A DNA stretch of 54,974 nucleotides from Candidatus Magasanikiibacteriota bacterium (lineage in GTDB: Bacteria > Patescibacteriota > Patescibacteriia > Magasanikbacterales > 2-02-FULL-50-9b). The notes beneath the pieces were generated by a model. The model had not been told where the DNA came from and did not search any database. It worked only from the letters and a program-made list of their open reading frames with translations. Location of the stretch: contig CAITMK010000009.1 in the NCBI GenBank assembly GCA_903893485.1, forward strand, positions 1 through 54,974. Reading direction: 5' to 3'. Below, one piece after another: positions 37,142-47,265 of the stretch (positions are counted from its first letter, which is position 1; every line of letters starts with the position of its first letter). The position numbers were made by a program, and so were the translations under genes.

Positions 37142-38269
37142 TTAGAACGTGATTGACTTGCCCGCAAGAGGAAGGCCTACGGCAAAAGGAATCGATTGCG
37201 ATACACCGTCAGACCAATTGATACCGGTCAAACCAATTGAAATCGTAGAACCCATTTTAGCTCCAACCGTGTCGGCAGTAACGGTGAAAGATTGATTCGT
37301 CGCAAAATCAATGTAAACCGGTTTTACAAATGTAACCGTCCCCGACTTCATGCCAGCAACAAATGGAATGGTTCCCAAAAGATTTGCCGAAGAAGCTACC
37401 AAACCTTTATACACCGACAATACAGAATTTTTTCCAATTGGGACAAAAGTTGAATTTACACTAAATGTCAGCCCAGAAACAATGGAGTTAGGAGCGCCAC
37501 CGGGGTTCATGTCGCTACTAAGTATAAAACGTGCGATTGGCTGTCCATATCCCTGCACTCCAAGTCCACTTGGCGAATCGGCCGCGGCAAAAGCGTAGAC
37601 CATTGATTCATAGCCGGTTAACGTAACGGTTGGACTTGTTGCGCTAAAATCACCCTTCACAATAGCCGCGGTACTGCTTGGCGTTGCTGCCGTAACAATT
37701 GCAGGCAAATTATCTGTACTGTACCCATTTACCAAACGAGGCCGTATTTGTACCCCCGAAAATGAGTTGCCCGCCGATGCCGACAAGGTGCCTTTGAGCG
37801 TAAGCGTACGTGAAGTGCCTTTTGGAATTACAAAACCTAAATTGTAAAAATGTGCGTATCCATTTTCCGCAATGCCAACTTTTTTTACTGCATCGCCCGA
37901 GCTAAGTGCGTATATCACTCCTTTACTTTTGACTTTATCCCCTTCGTATAACATGAACTGTCGCACAATTCCTAAATGACTAATTTTATCCAATTTCTTA
38001 ATAAAAAAATCAACAGTAATGTCATTAACCTTCGTGTCCACTTTTGGATCGCCGGTAAGTGTAAAACTTAAAAATGTCTGATTAGTTTCGCCAAGTTTAA
38101 GACTGGTAATTGCAGGCGTTGTAGTGGAAACGGTAACCGTAATTACGGGTGGCGCAGGAGTTGTTGCTGCTCCTGCATAAAAAACTAATGTTGCAACGGC
38201 TAAAATTGAGATGCCCGAAGCTGCAAACAAAAGCGCTATATTACGAAATGAATGACTCGGATGTTTCAT
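37142..38269 (-). CDS. Secreted beta-rich surface protein (hypothetical)
   Basis: ATG 38269 gives MKHPSHSFRNIALLFAASGISILAVATLVFYAGA (signal/anchor). The longer track ORF (to 38347) would run into the tRNA-Ile terminator. The body is T/S/V/G-rich. No family recognised. Confidence 0.55.
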   Translation of the reverse strand: MKHPSHSFRNIALLFAASGISILAVATLVFYAGAATTPAPPVITVTVSTTTPAITSLKLGETNQTFLSFTLTGDPKVDTKVNDITVDFFIKKLDKISHLGIVRQFMLYEGDKVKSKGVIYALSSGDAVKKVGIAENGYAHFYNLGFVIPKGTSRTLTLKGTLSASAGNSFSGVQIRPRLVNGYSTDNLPAIVTAATPSSTAAIVKGDFSATSPTVTLTGYESMVYAFAAADSPSGLGVQGYGQPIARFILSSDMNPGGAPNSIVSGLTFSVNSTFVPIGKNSVLSVYKGLVASSANLLGTIPFVAGMKSGTVTFVKPVYIDFATNQSFTVTADTVGAKMGSTISIGLTGINWSDGVSQSIPFAVGLPLAGKSITF

Positions 38270-38330
38270 AGGAAGAACGTTTTGAAAGTTTAAAAAACTT
38301 GCCGATAGTATATCACACAAAAATTGTATA

Positions 38331-38366
38331 AATAAAAAATCCAACACCTTTCGGTATTGGATTTTT
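38331..38366 (-). terminator. tRNA-Ile trailer terminator
   Basis: The minus strand after CCA reads AAAAATCCAATACC-GAAA-GGTGTTGGATTTTTT. The same stem sequence follows tRNA-Val at 53362. Confidence 0.7.
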
Positions 38367-38443
38367 TGGTGGGCGATCGAAGATTCGAACTTCGGACCTC
38401 GTCATTATCAGTGACGCGCTCTAACCAACTGAGCTAATCGCCC
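38367..38443 (-). tRNA. tRNA-Ile (anticodon GAU), CCA encoded
   Basis: GGGCGAT TA GCTC AGTTGGTTA GAGC G CGTCA CTGATAA TGACG AGGTC CGAAG TTCGAAT CTTCG ATCGCCC A CCA folds as a perfect cloverleaf. Confidence 0.95.
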
Positions 38444-38563
38444 GAGCGAAGATGTGGGAATTGTGCTGGCACAAATTCACACTTCTGAGCGAGGGCTGCA
38501 GCTCCGAGCAACCCAAGGGGTTGCGAAGGATCTGTCGCCCGTCACTTCGGATTCCACATTTCG
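38444..38563 (-). other. ~120-nt GC-rich structured 5' leader of tRNA-Ile (candidate co-transcribed small RNA)
   Basis: It lies between the minus-strand promoter (38570-38598) and the tRNA 5' end. It contains hairpin GCAACCC-aag-GGGTTGC (38508-38524). Segment 38447-38462 is complementary both to 38473-38485 and to 38551-38563. Confidence 0.35.
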
Positions 38564-38569
38564 TCCCCT

Positions 38570-38598
38570 ATTCTACCAATAATATGCCTTCGCGTCAA
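38570..38598 (-). promoter_or_regulatory. tRNA-Ile promoter
   Basis: The minus strand reads TTGACG-17 nt-TAGAAT. Confidence 0.5.
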
Positions 38599-38611
38599 AT
38601 ATCGAAATCTG

Positions 38612-38640
38612 TTGACAAGTACCCCTTAATAAACTAGGAT
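38612..38640 (+). promoter_or_regulatory. Promoter of the high-GC orphan ORF (divergent from the tRNA-Ile promoter)
   Basis: TTGACA-17 nt-TAGGAT. Confidence 0.5.
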
Positions 38641-38700
38641 TTGTGAGCGGTAAAGTCAAAAAATACCGTAAATCAGAGAATTTCAAACAAGGAGAAAAAC

Positions 38701-39204
38701 ATGGAGCTCATTCGAGTATTGAGAAGACGGCGGGATGCTGATGATTTGCTGATCAAGCAGTGCGCGGGCAAAGAAGACGCATCGCGAGCGATCATTTCGT
38801 TTGCGAATACTGCCTGGGGTGGCGACTACCGAGTGCTTGTCACCGCGTATTACAGCCTGGGCGAAAACAAGCACCAACAAGGCCGCGACGTCTGCGAACT
38901 CGTGCAGCACGCCTGCTTTCCGGGGTCCAACGACTTCAGCGATGCCAGTGCGCGCGGCGCTGTTGAAGTGTGTCTAAACCCCATCAACGGTTTGGTGGGA
39001 CACACGCTCATCCAGGTCAACGGACCGAAGATGATGCCGCCAAAAATCAGGATCGCCGGCGATCACTTCGCACATCTGGTGATGGCAAAGGGGCCAGTAC
39101 CAGACCAAAATGGCGCCGGTCCAGTGAAGAATCAGGCTGTTTTCTTTGTTCCCCCGACCGCGCGATCCGCCACGACTGAACCAACCACGCAAAAACCCGC
39201 GTAA
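38701..39204 (+). CDS. Orphan 167-aa protein on a locally high-GC island
   Basis: A strong SD (AAGGAG at 38689-38694) lies 6 nt before the ATG. The ORF has its own promoter and terminator and spans the whole island. Four other ORFs in other frames overlap it, which indicates elevated G+C. No family recognised. Confidence 0.55.
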   Translation: MELIRVLRRRRDADDLLIKQCAGKEDASRAIISFANTAWGGDYRVLVTAYYSLGENKHQQGRDVCELVQHACFPGSNDFSDASARGAVEVCLNPINGLVGHTLIQVNGPKMMPPKIRIAGDHFAHLVMAKGPVPDQNGAGPVKNQAVFFVPPTARSATTEPTTQKPA

Positions 39205-39215
39205 GCGGACCTCAC

Positions 39216-39266
39216 CAAGACTTTATGAGCACGCGCTGTGGCGCCGCTTGTAAAGTCTTGTTTTTT
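39216..39266 (+). terminator. Terminator of the orphan ORF
   Basis: CAAGACTTTA-25 nt-TAAAGTCTTG followed by TTTTTT. The T-run overlaps the stop codon of the convergent 607-aa gene. Confidence 0.5.
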
Positions 39267-41088
39267 AATAAATCAAGATCTTTCCTTTTGTGCTGACTTT
39301 AGAATTCACCGCGCTTTGAAATGCTGAAGCACTTTTTCCCATAATTACTGCGCCCAAAACGGTTTGAATGGTGGTATGCCCTTTTACCAGCACGCTTGTG
39401 TCTGTGGTAATCACAAAAGTTTGTGCCACATCTGATGCAATAGTAACTGGCGATGTAAACGCCGTCGAAGTTGCTGAAGCCGCATTTAAAATTTTTGATA
39501 ACGCTCCCGTATATACCAAATTAGCAGCTCCCACACCATCTTTATAGATCATCACTTGGGCAGTTGATTTTTTATCCAACTTTACATTATTTTTTGCAAT
39601 AATATTCAATTGAAGCCCAACAATATCAGCAGGTGTTTTAGCGGCAGTTTTTTCATTTTTGATAACAAATTTTCCAATAATTTGCTCGGTGGATTTAACG
39701 TTTACCCCAGCTTTTATCGTACTCGCCGCTGTCACACTTAAATGAACTGGGGAAAACTGCGCGATGGATTGTGGTGCTGAATCACCAAGCGGATACACGG
39801 TATCACTTTTTTTATCAGGTTCACGAACTGTAACACTGACTAATTTACTACCGATAAGAATCGGTGTGCTCGTAGCGATTACACTATCGATTTGGTCTGC
39901 GGTGACGGCTAATGTAATAGTTGCTTTTGGTTGCAAAATGATTTTTCCGTTCATTGGAAAATTTATAGAATCCGAACCAAATCCTGTTACACCTGTTATC
40001 TTTGCATCTTTTTTGCCCGAAGTGTTCGCCCCAACCGATGACACAACCGTCTGACGATTATCCTTCGTTGAAAAAATTGTCCAATACTGCGCAGCATCCG
40101 GCATCGATGGCAATGAGATTAAATTGATTTTACCCTGATACACCTTATTTGAAGCTAGCTGCAAATTAATACTTTTTAATTCCACCGGCTTTGCTGCCGT
40201 AGAATTTATCTGAATAAATCCAATGGTTTGGTTTGCAGAAACAGGATAAGTTGCATTTGGAACTGACCAATTTTTTGGCGTAAACGCAACGGTTATCGTA
40301 CCGGCTGCAATTGGTGTAAATGTGTACGAAATAGGTGTCGGCACCACCACAACAGGATTTGGTGGTGAAAGAACCGGAGGAGGCGTAATTACCGGCGGTG
40401 TTATCACAACTGGATTTGGTGGTGACAAAACAGGTGGGGGTGTGATGACTGGCGGTGTAACAACTGGTGTGGTAACCGTGTCGGTGGTTGACACTGGTGC
40501 GGGTACGCCGCCAGTGTAGGTATTGTAATTACTTGCTGATCCGGCTTGAAAAATCAGTGCGGCCACATCATCAATTTCCGGATATGGGGCGACTGAAAGC
40601 GCATAACCCGAAACGCCATCATTATTACGTATATAAATATATTTTAAAAGCGTTTTAACTCCGGTTGGGTATTCTGACGGCTGAATTGCAATGTTTTTTG
40701 AAACTACCCAATTTGAAACATACTTTGAAAAATTTAAAGGATTAAGCGATTTCGCAACCATGTCAGGAGTCGCGGTATCATAAAGAACAGATTGGCCACC
40801 AACAACAGTCGCTGTATCCGCATTATTATCAGTATTTACGGTTATAATTGTGCCAATCGATTGCGGATCAATATAAAAAACAGGTGGCGTAGTTAAATGA
40901 GCTGAGTTTAAACCAACGTTAACGGTAACCGGTTGCTTTCCACCGCCATACAAAACCTGAATTTTTAAACTTGCAATAGTGGGCTGCGTCGCGGCAAATG
41001 CAGATGAAGCAAATCCAAACAAAATCAGATTCATGGTTGTTGCGCCAATAAGAGTTGCCGTGAAAGAACGAAAGAGCAATTTTTTCAT
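39265..41088 (-). CDS. Secreted beta-rich surface protein with proline-rich tandem repeat
   Basis: ATG 41088 gives MKKLLFRSFTATLIGATTMNLILFGFASSAFA (signal peptide). The protein contains TPPVITPPPVLSPPNPVV(I/V) twice. No family recognised. Confidence 0.6.
   Translation of the reverse strand: MKKLLFRSFTATLIGATTMNLILFGFASSAFAATQPTIASLKIQVLYGGGKQPVTVNVGLNSAHLTTPPVFYIDPQSIGTIITVNTDNNADTATVVGGQSVLYDTATPDMVAKSLNPLNFSKYVSNWVVSKNIAIQPSEYPTGVKTLLKYIYIRNNDGVSGYALSVAPYPEIDDVAALIFQAGSASNYNTYTGGVPAPVSTTDTVTTPVVTPPVITPPPVLSPPNPVVITPPVITPPPVLSPPNPVVVVPTPISYTFTPIAAGTITVAFTPKNWSVPNATYPVSANQTIGFIQINSTAAKPVELKSINLQLASNKVYQGKINLISLPSMPDAAQYWTIFSTKDNRQTVVSSVGANTSGKKDAKITGVTGFGSDSINFPMNGKIILQPKATITLAVTADQIDSVIATSTPILIGSKLVSVTVREPDKKSDTVYPLGDSAPQSIAQFSPVHLSVTAASTIKAGVNVKSTEQIIGKFVIKNEKTAAKTPADIVGLQLNIIAKNNVKLDKKSTAQVMIYKDGVGAANLVYTGALSKILNAASATSTAFTSPVTIASDVAQTFVITTDTSVLVKGHTTIQTVLGAVIMGKSASAFQSAVNSKVSTKGKILIY
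40345..40465 (-). repeat. Two tandem ~57-nt units encoding TPPVITPPPVLSPPNPVV
   Basis: The direct repeat is visible in both the DNA and the protein. The two copies differ at several mostly synonymous positions. Confidence 0.7.
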
Positions 41089-41113
41089 ATAAAAGATACC
41101 AGCAGTATACCAC

Positions 41114-41145
41114 AAAATAAAAATCCGCTCCTTGCGGAGACGGAT
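41114..41145 (-). terminator. Terminator of the 16S rRNA transcription unit
   Basis: The minus strand reads ATCCGTCTCC-GCAA-GGAGCGGAT followed by TTTTTATTTT, downstream of the 3' processing-stem half. Confidence 0.6.
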
Positions 41146-41160
41146 CTTTTACGATCTCGT

Positions 41161-41179
41161 ACAATTTAAGACATGACAA
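41161..41179 (-). repeat. 3' half of the 16S processing stem
   Basis: acaatttaagacatgacaa is the exact reverse complement of 42827-42845. The two halves bracket the mature 16S, as in classic RNase III stems. Confidence 0.75.
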
Positions 41180-41238
41180 ATCTGCGAATCGTCTCGCACC
41201 GGTCCGAAGACCGATGTCGACAGGAAGAAAACTCCCTA

Positions 41239-42738
<1,500 letters not shown>

Positions 42739-42826
42739 ATGAACAACTTTATGTGTTCCGATTTATAGATTTTTATATTCGAGGACAACTCGCACTGAAA
42801 CTCGCTATAAACAAGTTTCAATTTGA

Positions 42827-42845
42827 TTGTCATGTCTTAAATTGT
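42827..42845 (-). repeat. 5' half of the 16S processing stem
   Basis: ttgtcatgtcttaaattgt is a perfect 19-nt complement of 41161-41179. The pairing extends further with one bulge. Confidence 0.75.
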
Positions 42846-42906
42846 AAACGATCGGGTTAAACGCCGGCTGGCTTAATTGGGGCCTTTCTTTGTTTAACGT
42901 GTCAGT

Positions 42907-42935
42907 ATTGTATATGGGGATAAAACTTCTGTCAA
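42907..42935 (-). promoter_or_regulatory. 16S rRNA promoter
   Basis: The minus strand reads TTGACA-17 nt-TACAAT, about 60 nt upstream of the processing stem. Confidence 0.55.
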
Positions 42936-43005
42936 GAGCTGGAGGGTGTGGGTAAGTTTTGGCTTATTTAAGGGCTAAATATCAAGCATTCCCAGAAGCC
43001 TCATC

Positions 43006-43014
43006 TGATACAAT
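43006..43014 (+). promoter_or_regulatory. Extended -10 promoter of alr (predicts a leaderless mRNA)
   Basis: TGaTACAAT, with 8 nt before ATG 43023. No good -35 box. Confidence 0.4.
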
Positions 43015-43022
43015 ATATCTAT

Positions 43023-44168
43023 ATGAAAAGGATCCTGAATATTCTTCGAGAAATTAGACAGAAAAAATCTCATTACACACCGATAATTGAAGTGGTGATC
43101 TCAAAATCAGCACTTCTTCACAACCTGAAAGAATTTCAGAAAACTTATCCCGCAATGCAGTTTGCCCCTGTGCTCAAAAGTAATGCATATGGGCATGGGT
43201 TGGTAACGGTTGCAAAAATTTTAGAGCACGAGACGATTGCATTTTTTGCGGTTGACTCATTATATGAAGCGAATGTATTGCGCGCGTCTCATGTGCATGC
43301 GCCAATTTTAATAATGGATTATACGCCGGTGCAAAATATTGTTAATGCGCGACATATGAATATTGCATTTGCAATAACCAGTTTGATGCAATTACAAGAA
43401 TTAGTGAAAGCGAAACACGCCACGACAATACATCTAAAAGTTGATACCGGTATGCATCGACAAGGGTTCTTGCCAGAGGAAATCGATACGATGATAAAAA
43501 TAATTAAAGAAAATTCGCAAATTCATATAGAAGGAATATTCTCACATTTTGCTAATGCACATCGTGCAGACAAGCAATCTGAGACACATGCGCAAATCGC
43601 ATGCTGGGAAACTATGGTTGCACAAATAAAATCACAAATCATGGGAATCAAATATTTTCATTTAGCAAATACCGCCGGCACGCATTTCATGAAAGATGCG
43701 ACCTGCAATGTCGGGCGCGTTGGTATTGGGATGTTGGGACACAACCCATCACCGTTTACACAAATGAATTTACAACCAGCCCTTCGACTGGAAACAATAA
43801 TCGGTGGTGTGAAAAAAATACATCAAGGAGATTGCGTTGGATACAACAATTCATTTTGCGCGCCGGGCGAGATGACTATTGCGACCATTCCACTTAGATA
43901 CTTTGAAGGTATCGACCGCCGACTTTCTAATAAAGGTGTTGTGCAGGTACGTGGCATTGATTGTCCGATCATTGGTGATGTAAGCATGAACATTACGAGC
44001 ATCGATGTATCCCAAATTGACGGTATTCAATTAAATGAAAAAGTGATCGTCATTAGTGATCGCGCTACAGATAAAAACTCAGAAGAAAATATTGCTGCGC
44101 AGATTGGAGAAATACCGTACGTTATTTTATCTAGAATTCCGGGGCATTTGCATCGGAGAGTTGGGTAA
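43023..44168 (+). CDS. alr: Alanine racemase
   Basis: 381 aa with PVLKSNAYGHG (PLP-lysine motif) and ..VGYN..F.. ..IPLRYFEGIDR.. Confidence 0.88.
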   Translation: MKRILNILREIRQKKSHYTPIIEVVISKSALLHNLKEFQKTYPAMQFAPVLKSNAYGHGLVTVAKILEHETIAFFAVDSLYEANVLRASHVHAPILIMDYTPVQNIVNARHMNIAFAITSLMQLQELVKAKHATTIHLKVDTGMHRQGFLPEEIDTMIKIIKENSQIHIEGIFSHFANAHRADKQSETHAQIACWETMVAQIKSQIMGIKYFHLANTAGTHFMKDATCNVGRVGIGMLGHNPSPFTQMNLQPALRLETIIGGVKKIHQGDCVGYNNSFCAPGEMTIATIPLRYFEGIDRRLSNKGVVQVRGIDCPIIGDVSMNITSIDVSQIDGIQLNEKVIVISDRATDKNSEENIAAQIGEIPYVILSRIPGHLHRRVG

Positions 44169-44182
44169 TAGCAAATAACAAC

Positions 44183-44536
44183 TTACTTAGTAAGGTTAAT
44201 GCGCCCTTTAGTGAAGTACTTTGGTCCACCATCTGTAACGAAAAGCAGATCATTAGTTACGTTAAGTTGATTAGCTTTAATACGTGCTGGCTCAAAGGTA
44301 TATCCTGCGTATAATTCCTGTATACTTTTACTCTCTTTATTCCCGTCATAATATGGCTCAGTGTTAAATCGAGCATGTAAAAATACCTCAAATGGAAGAT
44401 TTTTAACACCTTCATTTTCAGGCCCAATTAACCACAAACCGAATTGCCTACTAAAAATCGCTTTCATTCGTTGCCACGTTTGAACCCTATCAACACCAGG
44501 TGTGCGTTCATTTAACGTAAACCATTGGGCAGTCAT
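44183..44536 (-). CDS. Hypothetical protein (117 aa)
   Basis: ORF only. No motif recognised. Confidence 0.4.
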   Translation of the reverse strand: MTAQWFTLNERTPGVDRVQTWQRMKAIFSRQFGLWLIGPENEGVKNLPFEVFLHARFNTEPYYDGNKESKSIQELYAGYTFEPARIKANQLNVTNDLLFVTDGGPKYFTKGRINLTK

Positions 44537-44569
44537 TTTTTCTATGAAGCTTTTTTCAGCAGATTCCGA

Positions 44570-44845
44570 CTATTCAATTGCTGCTGGAACAGGGCTTTGG
44601 CTTTGTAAGTGGGACGACTCAGAATTAATCGCAGTTTGCGCAGCTCTAACAGAATCTAAATACGTTTGAGACCTCGGCTCACTTTTAGAAGCCGGACTGA
44701 TAGCTTGCTGCCCACCTTGATTACTGTATAGCAGCGCTCTTGTAAGTCGACTTGCCACTTCCGGACTCAAAACTGCACCACGCTCAAGATCACCCGCCAA
44801 AGCAATCGCACGCACTTCGGTTGGAGAGGGAATTTTTTCCATCAT
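44570..44845 (-). CDS. Hypothetical protein (91 aa)
   Basis: ORF only. S/Q/A-rich and likely disordered. Confidence 0.35.
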   Translation of the reverse strand: MMEKIPSPTEVRAIALAGDLERGAVLSPEVASRLTRALLYSNQGGQQAISPASKSEPRSQTYLDSVRAAQTAINSESSHLQSQSPVPAAIE

Positions 44846-44898
44846 ACAATGTACAAATTATTTGCAAAAATAATACCACTTTTATAGAAAGCTGACCA

Positions 44899-45546
44899 TT
44901 ATTTTTTCGCGTTTTTCTTTCGCCACTCAGCAATCCGTTTATGATTCCCCGAAAGTAATTCTTCTGGCACTGCTAATTTTTTAAAAACCTCAGGCCGAGT
45001 ATATTGCGGATATTCGCCTTCGCCATCTACATTATGCGATTCTTCATCGAGCGATGCTTCGTTACCCAAAACGCCTGGGAGCAATCGCGCAACCGCATCC
45101 ATAATCGTAAGCGCTGGTAATTCCCCGCCGGTCAAAACATATGGGCCCACGGAAATCTCTTCATCGATAAATTCGACGACGCGTGCATCAACACCTTCAT
45201 AGCGGCCGCACACAAAAACTACTTCAGAATATTTTGCTGCAAATTCCTGTGCGATTTTCTGTGAGAACGGGCGGCCAGATGCTGCCATCAAAATAATGCG
45301 ACGTTTTTTATTCGCACGTGGCGCTGCTTTTTTGATCGCTGCATATAATGGTTCAATTTTCATGACCATGCCCGCACCGCCGCCGTATGGTTTGTCGTCC
45401 ACGGTTTGGTGACGATCTGCCGTAAACTCGCGTGGATTAATTGTTGCCACGGCAATTTTCCCGGACTTTTGTGCGCGACCTAAAATCGCCGTACCGGCGT
45501 ACGACGTAATCATTTCTGGAAATAAGGTAATTGCCGTGAATTTCAT
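44899..45546 (-). CDS. trmD: tRNA (guanine37-N1)-methyltransferase
   Basis: MKFTAITLFPEM.. ..DDKPYGGGAGMVM.. ..CGRYEG.D.R.. ..ISVGPYVLTGGELPA... ATG 45546 is preferred over the longer track ORF. Confidence 0.92.
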   Translation of the reverse strand: MKFTAITLFPEMITSYAGTAILGRAQKSGKIAVATINPREFTADRHQTVDDKPYGGGAGMVMKIEPLYAAIKKAAPRANKKRRIILMAASGRPFSQKIAQEFAAKYSEVVFVCGRYEGVDARVVEFIDEEISVGPYVLTGGELPALTIMDAVARLLPGVLGNEASLDEESHNVDGEGEYPQYTRPEVFKKLAVPEELLSGNHKRIAEWRKKNAKK

Positions 45547-45579
45547 AAGACAGATTATACTACAACAAAACGCACAAAA

Positions 45580-46983
45580 TTGCAATGGTCACGCCATGCT
45601 GCTAAAATTATACCACTTATGCAAAAATATTTTGGCGGCTTACTCGGTTTTTACATTTTAATTCGTGCGCTGTCTTTTTTTCTTGTTGGGTTTGTAGCGC
45701 TGCAAAACATCATCGCCGCCGCACTTGTCGCCACATTTATTTTTTTCTGCGTCAAAGATCTTTCAACCGCATGGAAATTACTGATTGTTGAATTACTTCT
45801 CGATGGCGCCGGACATTTCTTCGAACTCCACGGATTACTACTGCGCACATGGCTCCTCGGCATTTTTGCAATATTTTGGCTCGCGCGACGCCGCACTAAA
45901 ATCGTATTGCCACCAAAAAATACTTGGATCGCGCTTGGTGTATTTGCCGCGTGTTTTGCATGGGCAATCATTAATGGAATCCTCCACCACAACGGCATCA
46001 CGCCAGTTCTGCAAGACGCGATGCTATATTTATTTGCAGCGCTCATGTTTCCCGGTCTCGAAATGGAATCAGGTCGGCAACGAATTTATGGCGCGGCGGT
46101 AAAAGTTTTTATCGTTGGCTCGGCGATTTTCTCCGTCCTCACGCTCGCACTGTATTCAAGCGGCTACTACATTTTACAAAATTCATACTACCACTGGTTC
46201 CGCGATGTTGCAGCCGGCAAAATTACAGACCTCGGCACACATTTTTTTCGCATCGTCACGGCAGAACAAATTTTATTTGTGCCAATTATTTTAATTTTAC
46301 TGGGAATGCTCACCAAAAAAATAACTGACAAAAAAATCTGGACACTCATGACGCTTTCGCTCACGGTGCTGATTTTAAATTTCACTCGAATTTATTTTAT
46401 TGGCATTGCGGTTGGTGCAGGATTTTTATTGTTTTACACGCCGTGGAAACAATGGCTCCGTGCGTGCGGCCTCACGCTTTTGGCCAGCGCGATTATTTTT
46501 TTTGGATTCCACTTGGCCGCCAGTCGTGGCCAATCACTTGGCTTAGAATTACTTGGCGTGCGTGCATCAGGCATTCGTGCCCCAACCACCGATCCGAGCG
46601 GCGCCATCCGCCTTGCACTTTTGCCCGATATCAAACGTCATATTTTGGCGCACCCGCTCCTGGGTAGCGGCCTTGCAACGCAAGTTACGTATTTAGACCC
46701 ACTCACCAAAACATATTTGATGCGCACGCAATTCGATTGGGGGTATTTGCAAATGATCACGGACCTTGGCATGACTGGCACCGCTGCATATATATTTTTT
46801 CTTGGCACGCTACTCTATAATTTTGAGAAAAAAATAAAAATGCCGGGCTATATTGCCGGTGCCATTGCATTGTTTGTGATAAATTTCACCACGCCTGCAA
46901 TTTTTCAAGGATTTGGCGTATTATATTTTGCACTTCTGGTTGTTGCCACACAGCATCCATCACTACTCACCGATCCTGTGTAA
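45580..46983 (+). CDS. Polytopic membrane protein, O-antigen ligase/polymerase (Wzy_C)-like
   Basis: 467 aa with at least 10 TM helices. The central region has ..FTRIYFIG.. and a periplasmic loop ..HPLLGSGLAT.. typical of O-antigen-ligase-like proteins. The start may be ATG 45619. Confidence 0.55.
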   Translation: MQWSRHAAKIIPLMQKYFGGLLGFYILIRALSFFLVGFVALQNIIAAALVATFIFFCVKDLSTAWKLLIVELLLDGAGHFFELHGLLLRTWLLGIFAIFWLARRRTKIVLPPKNTWIALGVFAACFAWAIINGILHHNGITPVLQDAMLYLFAALMFPGLEMESGRQRIYGAAVKVFIVGSAIFSVLTLALYSSGYYILQNSYYHWFRDVAAGKITDLGTHFFRIVTAEQILFVPIILILLGMLTKKITDKKIWTLMTLSLTVLILNFTRIYFIGIAVGAGFLLFYTPWKQWLRACGLTLLASAIIFFGFHLAASRGQSLGLELLGVRASGIRAPTTDPSGAIRLALLPDIKRHILAHPLLGSGLATQVTYLDPLTKTYLMRTQFDWGYLQMITDLGMTGTAAYIFFLGTLLYNFEKKIKMPGYIAGAIALFVINFTTPAIFQGFGVLYFALLVVATQHPSLLTDPV

Positions 46984-47265
46984 TCAAACACTTTTTACAT
47001 CGTATAGCAAAATCCCCATTGAGCTGATAAAATAAAGAACAATAATATCAATCGCGATTGAGGAGCTTAACGGATGCGCTACAGGTTGCCCTAAAACGGG
47101 GCACAACGTGCGCCCTGTGGTACTCGCTGCGCCACCAAGCAGTCCACAAGGTTCTGTTTTAACTTTTGCTTGTATGGACAAAATAAATACAAGCGAAATA
47201 GCAACCAGAATCGAAAGACTATAATACATGATTGCACTTTTCATTTTTTTAAATCGTGGCATCAT
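46984..47265 (-). CDS. Small two-TM hypothetical protein
   Basis: 93-aa ORF with hydrophobic ends and two Cys residues in the loop. Confidence 0.35.
   Translation of the reverse strand: MMPRFKKMKSAIMYYSLSILVAISLVFILSIQAKVKTEPCGLLGGAASTTGRTLCPVLGQPVAHPLSSSIAIDIIVLYFISSMGILLYDVKSV

Noticed and set aside
38444-38563. The tRNA-Ile leader as a 5S rRNA, because of a CUCAGAAGUG-like string
   Set aside because: The motif is in the wrong position relative to the closing helix. The GAUGGUAGU and GAGAGUAGG loop-E/helix IV-V signatures are absent.
38600-39266. The high-GC island as a structured RNA gene (RNase P RNA, tmRNA or SRP RNA) rather than a CDS
   Set aside because: I found none of the expected motifs. 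There is no GGAAAGUCC or ACAGAA-type P4 motif. There is no tRNA-like acceptor/T-arm end or tag ORF. There is no SRP GGAA/AGCA domain IV motif. A single ORF with promoter, SD and terminator spans the island exactly.
40345-40465. The tandem repeat as a CRISPR array or minisatellite outside genes
   Set aside because: There are only two units and no spacers. The repeat lies in frame inside a long ORF and encodes a Pro-rich peptide repeat.
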